Under the pieces are notes generated by a model. That model did not search any database. It saw only the letters and a list, made by a program, of their open reading frames with translations, and was not told where the DNA came from. Below, piece by piece: positions 5,839 to 6,032 of a stretch of 6,032 nt of DNA (the first letter of the stretch is position 1; each line of letters opens with the position of its first letter). Source of the DNA: PVC group bacterium. Its GTDB lineage: Bacteria > GCA-001730085 > JADFSZ01. The DNA lies in the NCBI GenBank assembly GCA_022560555.1, contig JADFSZ010000109.1, positions 1 through 6,032 of the forward strand, in the 5' to 3' direction. The translations under genes and the position numbers were made by a program.

Positions 5839-5888
5839 TTCGGCTGAGGAGCGGGCCTGGGGGCCGGCCCAAAAATTTGTTGCTGGGG

Positions 5889-6032
5889 TTATGGTTTCGA
5901 TACGATAATCACTGGAACATCATCGTCCGGGTCATGATTTGCACCCGAGATATACGGCGCCCCGCCGAAGATGACGCCGGTAACCGTGTACGTGACGCTG
6001 GGCACTTCGGACTGGAGGCTGTTCTTGGAGCG
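5889..6032 (-). CDS. 3' end of an unidentified protein-coding gene (47 codons plus stop), entering from the right edge
   Basis: Reverse-strand hand translation in frame with position 6032 gives RSKNSLQSEVPSVTYTVTGVIFGGAPYISGANHDPDDDVPVIIVSKP, with the stop TAA at 5891..5889. Of the frames I translated here this has the highest third-position GC. It is co-directional with, and 50 nt upstream of, the TPR gene. A second minus frame and one plus frame (ATG 5935) are also open in this short GC-rich stretch, so the frame choice is tentative. Confidence 0.4.
   Translation of the reverse strand, partial: RSKNSLQSEVPSVTYTVTGVIFGGAPYISGANHDPDDDVPVIIVSKP

Noticed and set aside
5853-5880. GC-rich palindrome GGGCCGGCCC (5861..5870) between the two right-arm genes, as a possible intrinsic terminator
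   Set aside because: The T/A tract is on the wrong side of the hairpin for the minus-strand transcript, and the tract is poly-A for the plus strand. It does not fit a Rho-independent terminator in either orientation.
1-6032. Scan for CRISPR repeats, tRNA/rRNA genes, IS terminal inverted repeats, transposase or integrase genes
   Set aside because: On visual inspection I found no regularly spaced repeats, cloverleaf-like segments or recombinase-like ORFs. In particular, nothing mobile-element-like flanks the 5163 junction.

Overview
The window is two compositionally unrelated pieces joined near position 5163.

Left arm (1 to ~5163): AT-rich, roughly 37-48% GC on hand-counted lines.
- A tatA-tatC operon lies on the minus strand. 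tatC runs off the left edge.
- A 530-bp divergent intergenic region follows. It holds a good sigma70-type promoter and a triple GTGGN direct repeat at 10-bp spacing, which looks like a MraZ operator.
- The 5' end of a division/cell-wall (dcw) cluster is on the plus strand: mraZ, an unrecognised 71-aa ORF, rsmH, ftsL, ftsI (class B PBP) and the first ~124 codons of murE.
- These genes are tightly packed and probably translationally coupled: a 1-nt gap, an 8-nt overlap and a 44-nt overlap.

Right arm (~5164 to 6032): roughly 62-70% GC on hand-counted lines.
- The minus strand carries a secreted TPR-like protein gene that has lost its 3' end at the junction.
- Upstream of it is the 3' end of another unidentified gene.

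murE and the TPR gene are both cut at the same point, so a chimeric assembly join is the most likely explanation. A real rearrangement or horizontal transfer event is less likely.

The most interesting biological candidate is the small basic ORF wedged between mraZ and rsmH. I recognised no tRNA, rRNA, CRISPR array or transposase/IS element. All calls rest on hand translation and remembered family motifs; no searches were run.
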